Assembly (NCBI GenBank): GCA_002633005.1
Contig: NMRA01000005.1
Location: forward strand, 193,613-256,823
DNA length: 63,211 nt
Direction of reading: 5' to 3'
Source of the DNA: Phoronis australis
Lineage: Eukaryota > Animalia > Phoronida
Both the position numbers and the translations under genes were made by a program. Positions 25,255 through 39,289 of this stretch are shown here, piece by piece; position 1 is the first letter of the stretch; the number at the start of each line of letters is the position of its first letter. The notes beneath the pieces are model-generated. The model saw only the letters and a program-made list of their open reading frames with translations, was not told the DNA's origin and searched no databases.

Positions 25255-26973
25255 ATGCGCCCACATATTCAAATGTGGACGCATTGTGCCATCATCTCCG
25301 TCCGTCCGTCCGTCCGTCCGGCGTCCGCTGTTTTATCTCTAAAACGCCTCGACGTATCTTCATGAAATTCAGCACATGAGCGAACGGCATGAGCGAACTT
25401 TCGGACGGATCCGACTACCGGAGTGCCCCCTAGTAGCAATTTTAGTTTTTTACGTTTACCTCTGTATCTTCAAAAGTCCTGAACGGATTTTCATAAAATT
25501 TGGTATATTGGCACCTATTAGTCCTAGTGAGATGACTCTGTCATACCGTTTTGGTATGGATTCAACATAGTTTGCGCCACCTAGTGGCCAATTTTACTGT
25601 TTTCGATTTTTTTTTGCGTCCACCATTCTATCAACCAAACCTCTCAAGGGATGATTGTGAAAATTTGCACGTGTGTTCGGACTATAAAGTGGACGGCTGA
25701 CGATGATTTTCCGACGATTTCGACAACTATGGCGCCTCCTAGTGGCAGTTTTGTTTTTTTGCGCCTATGGCTGTATCTTCTAAACTATTTAAAGGATCTT
25801 TACTAAATTTAGTAAGTGTATTGATATATGATGTTGACAATGGACGTCAACAACTTTCGAACAGATCTAACTACTGGTGTGCCACCTAGTGGCAATTTCA
25901 TTTTTTTACGTTTACCTCTGTATGTTCAAGGGTCATCAACGTATTTTCATAAAATTTGGCATACAGGCATTTGTTAATGAAATGATGCTATCTCATGGTT
26001 TTCAGATGTATTCGACCTAGTTTGCGCCACCTAGTGGCCACTTTTGCTGTTTTCGAGTATATTTTTGGGCGTCCACTCGTCTATCAACCAAACCGCTTTC
26101 AGGATAATCATTGTGAAAATTGGCATGTATGTTTTACTATAGAGTGGATGACTCACGATGATTTTCCGACGAGTTCCACTACTGAGGCGCTTCCTAGAGG
26201 CAGTTTTGTTTTTTGTGCTTATCGCTGTAACTCCTAAACCGTTTGCAGGATCTTTACTTAATTTAGCTAATGTATTTATATGATGTTTACAACGGACAAC
26301 GACGACTTTCGAACAGATCTGACTTTTGGAGTGCCCCCTAGTGACAATTTTATTTTTTTATGTTTACCAGTCTGTATCTTCAAAAATCCTCAACAGATTT
26401 TCATAAAATTTTGAATATAGGCATCTATTGGTGAGATGACGCTATCATCCTGTTTTTGGATGGAATTGAGGTATTTTGCGCCACCTGGTGTTTTCTAATC
26501 TTATTTTTGGCATCCACCCCTCGATCAACCAAATCATTCTGGGGATGGTTTTGAAAATTGGCGTATATGTTTTCAGTGTGAAGAAGTCATTTGATGATGG
26601 CGACTGACTACTGTGGCGCCTCCTAGTGGTAGTTTTGTTTTGTTTTTCGCTAATAAATGTATCTCCAAAATACACTACAGGATCTTTATTAAATTTAGTA
26701 AGTGAATTTATGTAAATATAACAGGCCATGACTGTCAGGCGGATCGAACGGACGCTGTGCCCACAAAAGGCAATTTCATTTCGTTCTGTTTTCCTTTGTT
26801 TCTCTGAAGTTCCTTGACAGATTTTATGAAATATGGCATGATCCCGTTTTTGGATGGATTGTACGTTTTTGCGCCATCTAGTGGCCATTTTTATGATACA
26901 AATAAATAACCGTAAAAGCACACCATTTGCGATGCATTCGTGGGCCCATTTCAACGCTCCGCGTTGCTCTTGT
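25255..26973 (+). mobile_element. Complete HINE (Helentron-associated/DINE-1-like) with ~150-bp core array
   Basis: T-run, subTIR atgcgcccac with IR gtggacgcat, (TCCG)6, tandem cores, 3' subTIR gtgggcccat, hairpin caacgc-tcc-gcgttg, cttgt, T-run. Confidence 0.85.
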
Positions 26974-27619
26974 ATTTTTTCATGTCATTTTGTAAGTCTA
27001 AAATGTACCTCTCTATTTCAGGTTGCTATGGAAATTTAAAAGACACTAATTATCACTGGGCCATTTTCCATTTTGAACGCTCTAAATTTTCGCTTTCCCC
27101 GACTTTTAAGAAATGGCAATTAACCCGCCCAGACTTGTTAAGGTAAGGATGGCGTGTCATATGTTGCAAAATTCAATCTTCAAAAAATTATGTTTGATGT
27201 TATTATATGTATTCGATATCTTATATTTATTTATTCTTTGTATATTTGATGTTAACATTTTTGTATTCCATAATACATTCATGTGCAATTAACCAACTGT
27301 ATGTTCGATGTTTCCAAAGCTATATTTGATGTTTCCTTTTATATATGTTAATAACGGAACTTTGGGTAGTATCAGTGAAACGACCGACGGCCGTGATTGG
27401 TTAATATGACTGCTACCAACTTCCTTTTTTCGACAATTTAGCCAATGTCATTCATACTTGTGGACACGAATTAAGTTCGCACTATTTGCATGGACATTTC
27501 CTCAAAGCTTCAGTAGAACTGGCTTTAGTCGGATACTTATGAGACTGCGAGACTTTGTCTGAGTTAGGCCAAATTCAAGAGCATTTTGAAGAACAAATAC
27601 TAACCGTTTCACGTAACTA

Positions 27620-30600
27620 CCGTAAGCGTTTGGGTTAACGCCCATGCTCAGTTAACCGCCCACCCCCTACTTTAGGTGGATTTTCGATGTAACCGCCCAC
27701 TGCTCGGTTAACCGCCCACCTGCAATTTTTCAAGATTTCCAGTTAAGCGTCCACCTCTCGGTTAAGCGCCCATCCCCGACTTTTAAAGATTGAAGATTTA
27801 GCGCTCAGTGCTACGCAAACGCGCGATTTCCCGACTTTTAGAAGATGATCACATCTAGAGTGCAACGATGGCCTCCGAGCCGGCGGTTTGGTCATGTGAA
27901 TTATAATACAAGTAACGAATTCTTGTCTCGGGTCATGGATTTACTTCAAAATATAATACTTGAACGTTTTGTCACTTTATTTTCTTCCAATGTTCGCAAA
28001 GTTTAAGAACCCCGCCGACTTCAATGACTTTTAGCGACGCGGTCTGCCGCGCTGAGTTTCTGTCTGCAGTGTACTAGATAAAACATATATTCGAAAAAAA
28101 TCGGGCCAGAGAAATATGACAGTGGTTTTGCCAACCCTTCCAATTAGCTTTTGGTAGGAAACTCTCGTGTTTTAAAGAATTTCCGTAACTCACGGAAAGA
28201 TGTCAAATTCTCCCTATTTTGATGAGGTTATCGAGGATGTGTCGTGACCGAACGGACAGTGTACCTCGCTGACCGATTGGCTGCAGTGTCTCTTGATTTC
28301 TTAATTCAAACACTGGCAATCCGTTACTGGATGTTTGTGTATCATCTTGAAGAAATAAAAAACTGCAAGTCAAATTTTGTGTTTCGTGTTTCGCTTATTG
28401 CATCTCAGATAATTTGGCGTTAGCAGCTGCCGCCAAAGTCGCTGGCGGTTCTTTATATAGTACGATTTCTTGCGACAGGCGTAACTGTGAATTATCGTAT
28501 CCACCTAGCTTTTTAGCTTCCCGAATATTTTTGTTTCTACATTGGGCAGTTTCAGCCTGAAAAAAAGTCTTACCATTCGAGTCGGAGACATCTACGACGT
28601 AACTGAAAATTGGCGGCAGTGGTAATGACGTGCACGCAGATAGCTACGGGCATGGAACATCGGGTCCAGGTATCATCAAGCCGGAAATATTGGAAGACTT
28701 GACATCGTAGTTTTGGGTCATTGGAACGGAGGAATATCGTAAAACACTGTTTTTTGTAACAACAGCTTAAAAGTACATAGTCGCGCCGGTGTACTCCTTT
28801 AGGGAGGGCTGTCGCTGTTCTCTTTTGATGTGCGATCTCTGAAGTTGTGGACGCATGTAAGTCTCCACACTCTGGAGTGCGTGTTACCTTGACAAAAACG
28901 TATGTGATTGACAGGTGACTCATACCCACGCGTGCTGAATCCAGCCGCTGTCTTTCGTCACATAAAACATGACCCATATTGAAAGAGGCTGTTAAATTAC
29001 TTGACGGCATTTCCAAGTCTAGTGACGGCATATTGCGCGCAAACGGCGGGACCGACCAGTGCCACACTGCGATATTGCCGTAGGTGATATTATAATAGGC
29101 TAATCTATACATACTGCGTGTAAAATGTTTTTCGAGTTGCTTTATGTTTGCCAGGTAGGCCTATCTATTTTACCCCCCCCCAAAAAAAAAAAACGGTTCA
29201 CGTACGTTGGAATTTCCCGGTGGCAAGTACAAGACGTCTATAATCTCGGCTCGCATTTCCAAATTTCAGGTCGCCAAATGCGACTGGGACCTGCAGTTTC
29301 ATGCCGAGCGCGGAGTCTACGTTGCAAAACACTTACTCGGATCAAAGGACGCGTTGCTGATTGAAGCTCTTCACTAATTTAGTCGTATAGCCACGCAAAC
29401 CACGGATGCCGGTTACCCGAAGAATTGGAGCTACATCTACGAATTGTTTTTATCGTAATCTATTTTGCCCGGGGTACGCCACGAGCTATGTTGCAGAGTA
29501 AAACAAGAGGAGGATTGGGAATATTGTCATTTATTATGACGTAATAGATAAAACTAACTAAGACTCTGCAAGATGGGCATGGAAAAAACGCCCACCGGCG
29601 TGTACAATGAATAGCCCTGCAAGAGGGAACAAAACAAGAAAACTGCCTGAAGGGCTTAAAGGAAAAGTACAGAACATGAAAACAAAACTTGAAAGAAAAA
29701 AAAAACTAACAGGAAATATATACGAGCAAAAAAAGTGGAACCGACACCCGGGATGGGGGGTGGGGAAAAAATGAAGAGAACGAACGTAGGTCTTGTAGAT
29801 GACGAGGTAGGTGGCTGAATGAGAGACCACGTTGAACAGAACAAAGGAAATATGGGCGACCAATCAGGAGTCGCGTAGAGAAACGTATGAATACAAAAGT
29901 AGGCCCTAGAGGCTATAAATAGAGATGAGTAATGCAAAATAAACCCTAAGGACTAGTATCAAAATAAGGAGACAAGTGTCAAAATAATGACGATAAATGC
30001 ATTTAACAAGTTAAATTTAATTTATCGTAATCTATTTTGCCCGGGGTACGCCACGAGCTATGTTGCAGAGTAAAACAAGAGGAGGATTGGGAATATTGTC
30101 ATTTATTATGACGTAATAGATAAAACTAACTAAGACTCTGCAAGATGGGCATGGAAAAAACGCCATAATGGCAGCACGGAATGCTGAATTGTTTTTAGTT
30201 ACCGACGCAGATACTTTTGCGAACTGGTAATTTTTCCTCGGACTCTACTGTACCCGCTCACTAGACTCATCCCCAGTCATAGTGTTAGTAATTTTAAAAT
30301 AAAATGTTAAGCAAATGCTTTTTTTGAGTAATGCCTTTGCGGTAACTTTTGATTGGCGACTGGCTCATGTCCGCTTATACCCCCGATTCTCATCTTCTTT
30401 GCGTGACGCAATTGGAAGTGGGCAACGCCGGGCGGTCGAGATAATTACAGCTAGCCGCAGAACCATACGTTGAAAATGAGTCACGTAGTCTAATCTAATC
30501 TAAGCTAATCTCCAACACAAACACCCGAAACACAAAAAAAAAACACCTGAAATTGCTTTTCAAACTTTTATTACATCATTAATTTTAAAACTGGTCTTTT

Positions 30601-31073
30601 ATTCGGAACTTGACAGCTAGCACCATAAATTTGATGTCTGCTGTGACCTCTGCAACACGTGAAGCTCGCACGCGCGCATTTCTAAAGTGTCATCGCGTGA
30701 GAATAGTTGCAATCCAAGTTATTGTTACTGGTTGTCTGCACTTTGAATAAGATCGCAGGACGGCACTGGGCTATTACTCACCAGTTTTGTAAATTTAATT
30801 GTGATTGACTAATCTGTGGGCAACAGAACATTTCTTGGGATCGTCCGCTGTTATGACACTTTTAGCAACATTTGGAGACTTGACGATAAAGCTCTTTGAA
30901 TCTACGCGTTCCGAGTACGTGTGTCGTGTGGTACTCTGATCATGAGGTAAGATTAACCGCCCAGGGCGGTTGTCTGTCGTAATAAGCGCCCATGTTCAGT
31001 TAACCGCCCACCCCCGATTTTTTGGCTGGTTTGCCAATTTAACCGCGCAGGGCGTTAACCCGAACGTTTACGG
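27620..31073. mobile_element. Non-autonomous Tc1/mariner-type element, 3.45 kb
   Basis: TA-ccgtaagcgtttgggttaacgccc ... gggcgttaacccgaacgtttacgg-TA; subterminal gttaaccgccca repeats at both ends. Confidence 0.85.
29449..30164 (-). mobile_element. Retroposon 3'-end fragment with an identical 144-bp terminal duplication
   Basis: 29449-29592 = 30021-30164; homologous to 43535-43722 plus 45349-45680. Confidence 0.65.
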
Positions 31074-31315
31074 TATGTCCAAGTTGAGTGAAGATCGGAC
31101 TTAAGCGAGTTCTTCTGTACTGTGATCTAGCTCGCGGGAATGTTGAATGTGAAAACATCAGCACTGCATGGTACTATGTATTGTGATTTCAGATACACTG
31201 AAGATGCACTGTTTCCCTTACAAAAATGAACTTAAGTTTTCATCAAAAAACTTAAGTTTTTGGTCTGAAAAACTTAAGTTTTCATTCACAAAAACTTAAG
31301 TTTTTGACGAAAACT

Positions 31316-32075
31316 TACATGCTATAAACATTCCCACTAAATAAGATTGGTCCTAACCCCGCTTGTCAAGGTAAACACTGGGGTTTGGAAAATGGAACTA
31401 GACCGTATTTATCCACCTTGGCTGAGTCGTGCTCGGCTCACGATCAAAGGCATGCCGCCATGCTGCTCTATTCATCGAGTCACGAGCGAGGATAATTGGC
31501 TTCGCTCATACTGATATGATCAGCTGATTACAATCTAGCTAGCAGACTGTACTTTTTATGGAGAGAGTTTTACATAGTTTTCACTGTAATATTTGAAAAG
31601 AGGAGATAAAACAAATATGAGTACAACTTTGAAGTTTTCAAATCGGCCCAGGATAAGAGATTTTGCAACACAGCAACACTCACGACCACTTTCATTCGGC
31701 ACGCACGAATACAAAAATATAGGACCCAAGTTATTTAGATTTTGGAACACATGCATTGCAATATTCAAAATACGTTTATTATGAATCTTACATGCTGTAA
31801 AACGACGTTTAATTTCATTGTGCTCATTCATTGTCATCCGTCAAATCGGCAATTTCCGAGATGTGATCTGCGGCGTGCGCATATGTGTAAAAAACACGTG
31901 ATTGTTATGTTCCCGAAGTAGGAAAATTAAGAAATTTAGCATGCCGTTATTATTGACAGAGACACGATAAAAAGAATTTAGATTTTGACTATAGTCTTGA
32001 TACAGCAAGCTGGCTGACCACTGCGTCAGTGTGTCCGTTAGACCCAGAAATTTCACACAGCCCTGGTAGTTCACT
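31316..32075 (-). mobile_element. CR1/L2-clade LINE fragment (RT C-terminus plus 3' UTR)
   Basis: Minus strand CVKFLG and IHNKRILNIAMHVFQNLNNLGPIFL resemble CR1/L2 ORF2 tail; 31316-31727 repeated at 45680-46093. Confidence 0.55.
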
Positions 32076-32546
32076 TCGTCCCCAACATGTAGATTGAGCC
32101 TTGGACTATTAATGTTTTACTCCACGGCAGAGCTAACGACAGTCAGCCTGTGCACACAAAATCTGTGGGCTAACCAGCACTCACCTTGCACGTTACAGCC
32201 GTTTAAGTGAAAAACAATCTAGTAAATGCCATTTTCTTGCATAATCCTCCGCCTTTTGTAACAAAAAAGTCTGTCGTCGATTACCTGCACACGTACGCTC
32301 ACTCACTCTCATACGCAGACGAACTTCAAAACAAACGTGACAACAACATGTGTGTTCATCCAGAGATTTTTCTCGTGTTGTGGGGTATGATGTAGCGCAG
32401 ATTTGGACTTAATCGCAATTAATCTGGACTCCACATGAACTTTAAAAATTGTAAAAGATAAGGAAGATTTCAGGTAATTTGTTGAGTCGAAACTATATTT
32501 TTATTCAAGAGTTCCTATTGACGATTGCGATTCAGCGACGCATCAT

Positions 32547-33046
32547 TCGGCAAGTTTTTGCCCTGTGATGAGCACAATTTTTTGAAAAATTATCGTAATT
32601 TAACAACGGAAGTTCATAGCAATGCACCACAGTTTTGTAGAAAGACTGTCATAGGCTAAAAATACGCCACAGAGGGTAAATTTTATGAATCCAAGCTTCC
32701 GATTTTACCAGTTTGGGAAACCAGCTTTCAACTGCCGTAGGCAACAATAAGAATCCCCTCCCCGTGAAATGAATTTTTCTAAGCGTTTATTAGAGCCAAT
32801 ACAGTATACAGCTTTCCACCAAGGCTAGGTGATGCTAGGACATTATTCTTTGTTGCATTAGTAACTGGTCTTGGCTAATTATCATTTTATGGCCTGGTCA
32901 TCCATTCAGCCAAAAGTAGTTCTGGAGGTGGCTTATCAGCCAATTATTCATGCATGCTGACTCACAATAGAAGCCTGATAAGAGTGAAGGTGGATAAATG
33001 GGGTGTTCCTACAGTTTCTTGTGGTAGTGGATGTGTTCATGACATG
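32547..33046. repeat. ~500-bp dispersed repeat; inverted copy at 41048-41557
   Basis: Colinear reverse-complement match; second copy runs into a gap. Confidence 0.9.
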
Positions 33047-33054
33047 GTAAAGAT

Positions 33055-33229
33055 CAGGGGTGGTCGGGCGGATCCAGGACTTTGAGTTGGGGTGTTAGGG
33101 CAGAGTATTAGGTAGGGTTTTGCCCATCACACATTCACCCCCTGCCCCCCCCCCAACTGCCAAATGATCTTGTAACATCTTAGGGAGCCGGGGCCATGGC
33201 CCCTTAGCTGTCCTCTGAATCCACCATTG
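33055..33229. mobile_element. Degenerate hAT-like MITE
   Basis: cagggg...ggcggatccagg at left, ctgaatccaccattg at right; no clear TSD. Confidence 0.4.
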
Positions 33230-36200
33230 AAGATACTGGCATGGTCTTCACAAGAGGTCTTACGTAACGTAGTTTAGAGTAAAAATAAAATTATTATCTC
33301 ATGTACTACAGTAAATATAAAAATACTATATCCTGTACTCCTACCAATCATTTTACTGGCTGACATTTGCAAAGATATTAAATTGAGGTTTCAAGCAAAT
33401 TTCTTCTTGAGGGAAAAGAATTATATGCCCCTACAGACATGGGGAAAAATTTAAGTCTGAATATGCAAACTTTTGTAACATTCTAACATTCCACAACCCA
33501 GTAAAAATTCGAAAGCACATACTCAATTCCAAAGTCAAATCACACAGATTTTCCTTATTTGCATGGAATTATTTGGTGCAATTAGATAGGAATTATGCTA
33601 GTTTCACTGTGCGTAACAAAAGTTAACATGTTGACTGGTGAGAGTTCACTTGAGTACGTTGTGACCTATGCCGGGGTATTCCAGATAGGGTAATAGTAGT
33701 GGGATCGGGATGTCCTTTCGCATTCAGATCCTCCCAACAAACCTGAGCAAATCAGTCAAAATAGGCAATACAATAGTTACATTCATTTGGTGATTCTTAA
33801 TTTTGAGAACCAGGCACATGCGCACACCCAGGGGAGGCTCGAACGAGCACCCCCCCCCCAGGGCCCCCACTTGACGAAGTGGGCATATCAAGGTCAGCCT
33901 CATAGAAACAAAAAAACTGAGAAAACGAGACACAAGTCCACTAAAAAGCTGTAATGCAGGAATGAACTGTGCATGGCTCTCAACATACCCCGTTTTTTTA
34001 GTCAAGGTCAACATGCCCAAAAATTTGAGCACCCCCCTTATTTTAGGATGGGTGCGTGGATGTGGCAAGTGAACCTTGCAAATTATTGACTTGTAGTGAT
34101 ATGAGATTTCAAAATCAGGAGCTTTCAAGAATTACCACGGACATGGACATAAGCACACACAACCAATGCCAATATACCCAACTTGGGAAATGATTACGGT
34201 AGTCCCCACCTTGCATTGATGCTCACTGACACAACCTCAGAAGACAGAAATATAATAGAGTAATAGCCTTTTGTGAACGTCATGGCTTCCTCTGATGGAC
34301 CTCCAGAAGTATATTACGCGTTAGAAGTTAAGATAATTCACACGCAGAATTAGTCCATGTCGGTATGTGACAGCATGACTCGTGAGTGGCTGACAATAAC
34401 AATTGAACTTAACACATTCGTTGGAAATCACAGAACCGATTGTGGCCAATCGATTTTAGAACGCTCTCTGGCACTAACCTGACTTCCAAAACTTCTGAAA
34501 TGTCTTCTTGCTAGCTCTGCCCGTAGTAATATAGACTTCATTGTCGCGGGCTAGCCAGCACACGACTTTTTCTTCGAAGTTGACTGTCGGTTATAAAATT
34601 CAAACAGTAGACTTCCGGTGGAAACTGCCTTACGAATACAACTCAACACAAAGGAAACTTGCACAATAACTACGTTTTTTAAAGAATTGCATGAGTTCTA
34701 TTGATTACATTGTTAATCAGGTCAGTGTCTCAGGGTATTTGTCTACATTTAAATTCACAAAGACGTTCGATAATGATTACGTAATTGTACTAAATTCTGT
34801 ACTGACCAGGTTAAACGTTCGTGGATTTCTTGTTTGTATCTATATACCGTAAATGTTAAGGAAACATTCAGGCAACATTTTTATGAGATGATGGGTTTTG
34901 CATGAGCAAACAAAAAATTTTTGTTGGAAAATAATGGGAAAAATTTTGAACCAAAAATTAAATATCTCAAAATGTTAAAATTTTAAAAACTTAAAAACGT
35001 AAATTTTCATCATATAAAAACCTTAGAGTTTTTAGAAAGTTCAAGTTTTCCACACATGAAAAAATCCAGTTTTCTGAAAAACTTACGTTTTCCTGACTTC
35101 TTAAGTTTCTATAATTAGAAAAACTAAAGTTTGCGAAAAACTTAAAAAGTCAGGAAAATTTAAGTTTTTAAAATTACAAAAACTTAAGTTTTGTGATAAA
35201 CTTAAGTTATCAGAAAAACTTAAGTTTTGTTAGTACAAAAAACTTAAGTTTTCATGAAAATTTAAGTTATTACTTGAAACTTAAGTTTATTTGTTAAAAC
35301 TTAAGTTTTACTCCTGAAAAAACTTAATTAAGTTTCTGAAAAACTTAAGTTCCTGAAAAACTTAAGTTCTCTGAAAAACTTAACATTGTGTTGAAAAACT
35401 TAAGTTTTTAGCAAAAAAATTAAGTTCATTTTTGTAAGGGTTATTTATATACCCAAAAGCATAATTGTAACTGATATGACTATTTGTGTGAAGCTCAATT
35501 ACTCCCAGATATGTTGGAACTGTGTATGGACTCAAAACATTTGAAAAATGTGTTAATTTGGTATTAGCACTGGCATTCATGAATACTGTGTTCTGGAGTA
35601 ATTGTTTGCTTTTGGAATTTGCTCAGTGGAGGAGTTTGATGGACATCCCAAGAACGATTTGCAAAAAAGTTTATTCATCCACTCTTAACCGATCATCTTA
35701 ACCCATCGCAGTCTTTGTGAATGTTAGTCCGTCTTGCTCAGTTCAATTTCATTTAACAAGATTTTTTACTAGGAAGCAGTTGTAATTAACTTGTGCCCAC
35801 TCTTCACTTGTTATGACTAGCAGACGTTTAACATAATTGTGTTAACAAAAAGGTAGAATAGTTTCGTAGTCACTGCAATCGAAATTGTCCAAATTTCCTA
35901 TCTAAAGTTTGGCTATCACCACATTTGTACTTTTGTATCTATGTTATCCTTTGAATTAAGATTGAAGCTCTGATGAACTAATGGCATGTTCTGTTTGTTG
36001 TGAAATGTTTAGTGTAGCTGTAATCTGAAAATTTAAGGGATTGGTTCACAATTAACTGACTTCTAAGTTTCACTGCCAATCAAAATCCTACCACTGCTTT
36101 GGTACTTTAAAAGGCTTAAAAATAAAATAAAAAGATAGCAACCGGCCAAGAGAGAAACAATTAGACCTGGGTATTAAAAATAACGAAAACTGATGTGAAA

Positions 36201-37359
36201 CATGTTTAAAAGAGTTCCCACCATGACCCTGTGTCTCAAAAAGAATTTTATTAATACATCTGAAGAGATTTAATACATGCTGCTAAGAAACAATTAAGAT
36301 AAAAGTTGAAAAAAATGTTTCTGTTTTCGAGGTTGGACGTAAAATGTGGAAAGTTGGTTTTCATCGGTGCCCATTTTTATATAACCTATTATCATAGACA
36401 GTGATAATTAGTCAAACTTTTATTACAATGTCTTAATTGGCAATTCACACTGATGACAAGTCAGGGATTTGTTTACGCAAGTAGTCTGTATAGTTCTTCT
36501 CCTGGCGGCTAATTGTGGAGTTATCTTCTCTTTGCCGTGACTTTCCGCGACACTTTACTTGAGTATTACTTGGGTGCAGAACCAGCGTCGTCACACTCGG
36601 GGCAGACCCATGGATGCTCAGCTTTCCACGTCATCAAGTCACAAGGCTATAGGCTTAGGATAGACATGTACAAGGATACGTCGACTTCGAATGACTCAGG
36701 ACAGAAATAGTTGAGTAGACCTACGGTTCAGAACAAATTAATCTAGTTGTTTACGATTAAGAACCAAGCACTGTGATTTCCAAATGTTTGTAGTACGTTC
36801 TGATTTCTTGTGTTTAGCTGACAACAAGTCCCAAAACACCAAACTCACCTCGTTCGCTTGTGCTCGACATGTTTCTCTAATTCCGTCAGCTGGTTCATCT
36901 GGGTAATCTCTACACTGGCAATGTCGCATAAATAATGAGGTTTCACTGAAGGTCCGCCTACTTTTTTATATTTTTTTTAAGTTAAGAGTAAAATAACGGG
37001 ACATGACTGTAATTTACGAAATGAGTTAATTCTAGTGATATCTTTCGACTGGCAAAACTCATTCTGTGGATCTAAGCAGGTAAATTAGTAAAGGAAATCG
37101 TATCTTTAAGTTTTTATAATTCAAAAAAACTTAAGTAATCAGAAAAACTTAAGTTTTAATAGTACGAAAAACTTTCATAAAAACTTGAAAGTTTTCTGAA
37201 AAAGTTAAGTTCTTTGAAAAACTTAAGATGGTGCTGAAAAACTTAAAAATTTTGACATAAAACTGAAGTTTTAAAAACTTGAGTTTCTTTTAAAAACTAG
37301 CTTTTCATAAGAAATTTACTTTTTCCTTAAAAAGCTTAAGTTATTTTCCAAAAACTTAA

Positions 37360-38685
37360 AGGCGAAGGCAACCTTTTTTCATGTCATTTTTAGCAAAAAT
37401 AAGGTTCGTTGATTATTCCAGACATATTTTTCACTTATTTACTGCTTTTCGTAATTTGATTAATTACTCGTTGTCTACTCCGAAAGTGACGTTTGGGGAG
37501 GCAAGAATTTGGCGCCAATTTCTTTTCATATAGTCTGACTGTGAGAGCAGTCGAGTCAGTCATTGTTCTACCTCGGTTGTAATAAGTTCGGTCATTGTTT
37601 GCTTTTGCTTACGAGCCAGTCAACATGCCACGCTGTTGCTGCATACTGGGGTGTACTCATTATCGTCTCACGTACAGGGAAAGAACTGTCCCACTTGCCC
37701 GAGTGTCCCGCGATACACTCCCACTGGAGGGTGATCTGAGCACTCAAACTGCTTACATCCCGCCGTGTGACTCCCTCGCCACACACCTGGCACCTTCCAA
37801 ATAGCTCCAATACAAGTCCACAATAAACTTATCAAACTTAGGCTCATTGGATGACGAACTGTCCTCGTCACTGGGTGTCAAACTGGGCCTGTATTCACTC
37901 CCACTACTCAATATCGCTGTAGGGCTGCTTACAGGCTCTGGGGCTAGAGACAACAGCACAGGGCAAATCATTGCTAGTTCCCGGAATTGCACGCAATGGG
38001 GGTACGTTCGGAGGTATGGGTGACAGTAGATGAAGTACCTCCAGTCACTGTATATAGTGGCCACAGTTCGCGAGGCTTCTCGCTTCAAAAACGCACTTCT
38101 CGGGGTTGGCGACAGGGCACTCAACAGCGACGGTATGGTACCCTTCTTCAGGCGTTGTTTTGCAGGGACCTTCATCAATTCAGCGTACATATCTGTCATA
38201 ATCTGACAGCAGAAAATGCTTGCCACACACTCGGTAACCCTCCGTTGCTTTGTACGTTGCGTGGATGGGTAGCGCTGCGTTCTTCACATGAACGAGCTAG
38301 CCAAGTACGGCAAAGTGTGTCATCCTTCGAAAAGCGACGCAAGGTACCCAAAGCGCGTGTAAAACGATGAGTACATCCCGGCACGCAGCAACAGCGTGGC
38401 ATGTTGACTGACTTGTAAACAAAAGCAAACGACGACCGAACTTATCACAACCGAGTTTAATAAGAACAATGGCTGACTCGACAGCTCTCACAGTCAGACT
38501 ATAATAAAAAGAAATTGGCCCGAAACTCTTGCCAGCTCCCAAAACGTCACTTCCGGAGAACTGAGGACGAGAAATTAATCAAATTACGAAAAGCTGTTAT
38601 TAAGTGAAAAATGTGTCTGAGATAATCAACGAACCTTATTTTTGCTGAAAGTGACATGAAAAAAGGTAATGCCTTTAATTCGCCT
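37360..38685 (-). mobile_element. Kolobok-type THAP transposon derivative, copy 2 (both ends), ~310-bp TIRs
   Basis: TTAA-aggcgaa ... ttcgcct-TTAA; inserted into an aaacTTAAgttt unit; same internal structure as copy 1. Confidence 0.85.
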
Positions 38686-39289
38686 TTAAGTTTTTCCTCC
38701 AAACACTTAAGTTGTAAGCGATAAACTTAAGTTCAATTTTGTAAGGTTTGTTCAAATTTCTTAAGTACGGGAAAGTTGCCGAGAAACTGCATCGGTTTGT
38801 GCGCCGCACAAGAGTGTGAAATGTCAGTGTGGAACATGCTGCGATTCAGTCGGAAGCCACTGACACTTTGTTGGGCACATTTCAAAAGGAATCATGTTTC
38901 GACCCAACATAAAAGTGGCGTTATGATGAAGGACGCGCCACCTTGTAAGTGTAAATGCAAATTCTACAAATAATGAATAAACTGCTTGCATTTTTTAAGG
39001 GCGAGTGATGCCACTGACAGGCCCTCGACCCTGGCCTTAAGATGGAGTACTACCACAATTGTGTAGGCTTATGTACGGTATTATGTTTAGACCTCAGGCT
39101 GGTCATTCCATCATGGCAATCAGTGAATTGAATGACCCTGGTTTACATTGGCCTTTATGTCAGTGGTTATAAGTGTCTGTTTTGTGAATTTTGACCACCC
39201 TTTGGTTCAGTTGGTTGCGGTGGTTCACATTTGTCGATCTGTAGCAACGTGTGCAAGTGGGTCGAGTTCATACGAAAAAATACACTGGA

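Larger units (their letters stand above)
31215..35440. mobile_element. CACTA/EnSpm-like non-autonomous element with aaaacttaagtttt subterminal arrays
   Basis: TIR cccttacaaaaatgaactt / aagttcatttttgtaaggg; 2-bp TSD TT; another right arm at ~37120-38746. Confidence 0.7.

Noticed and set aside
28570-29112. 180-aa ORF inside the Tc1/mariner-type element
   Set aside because: No HTH or DDE motifs recognised
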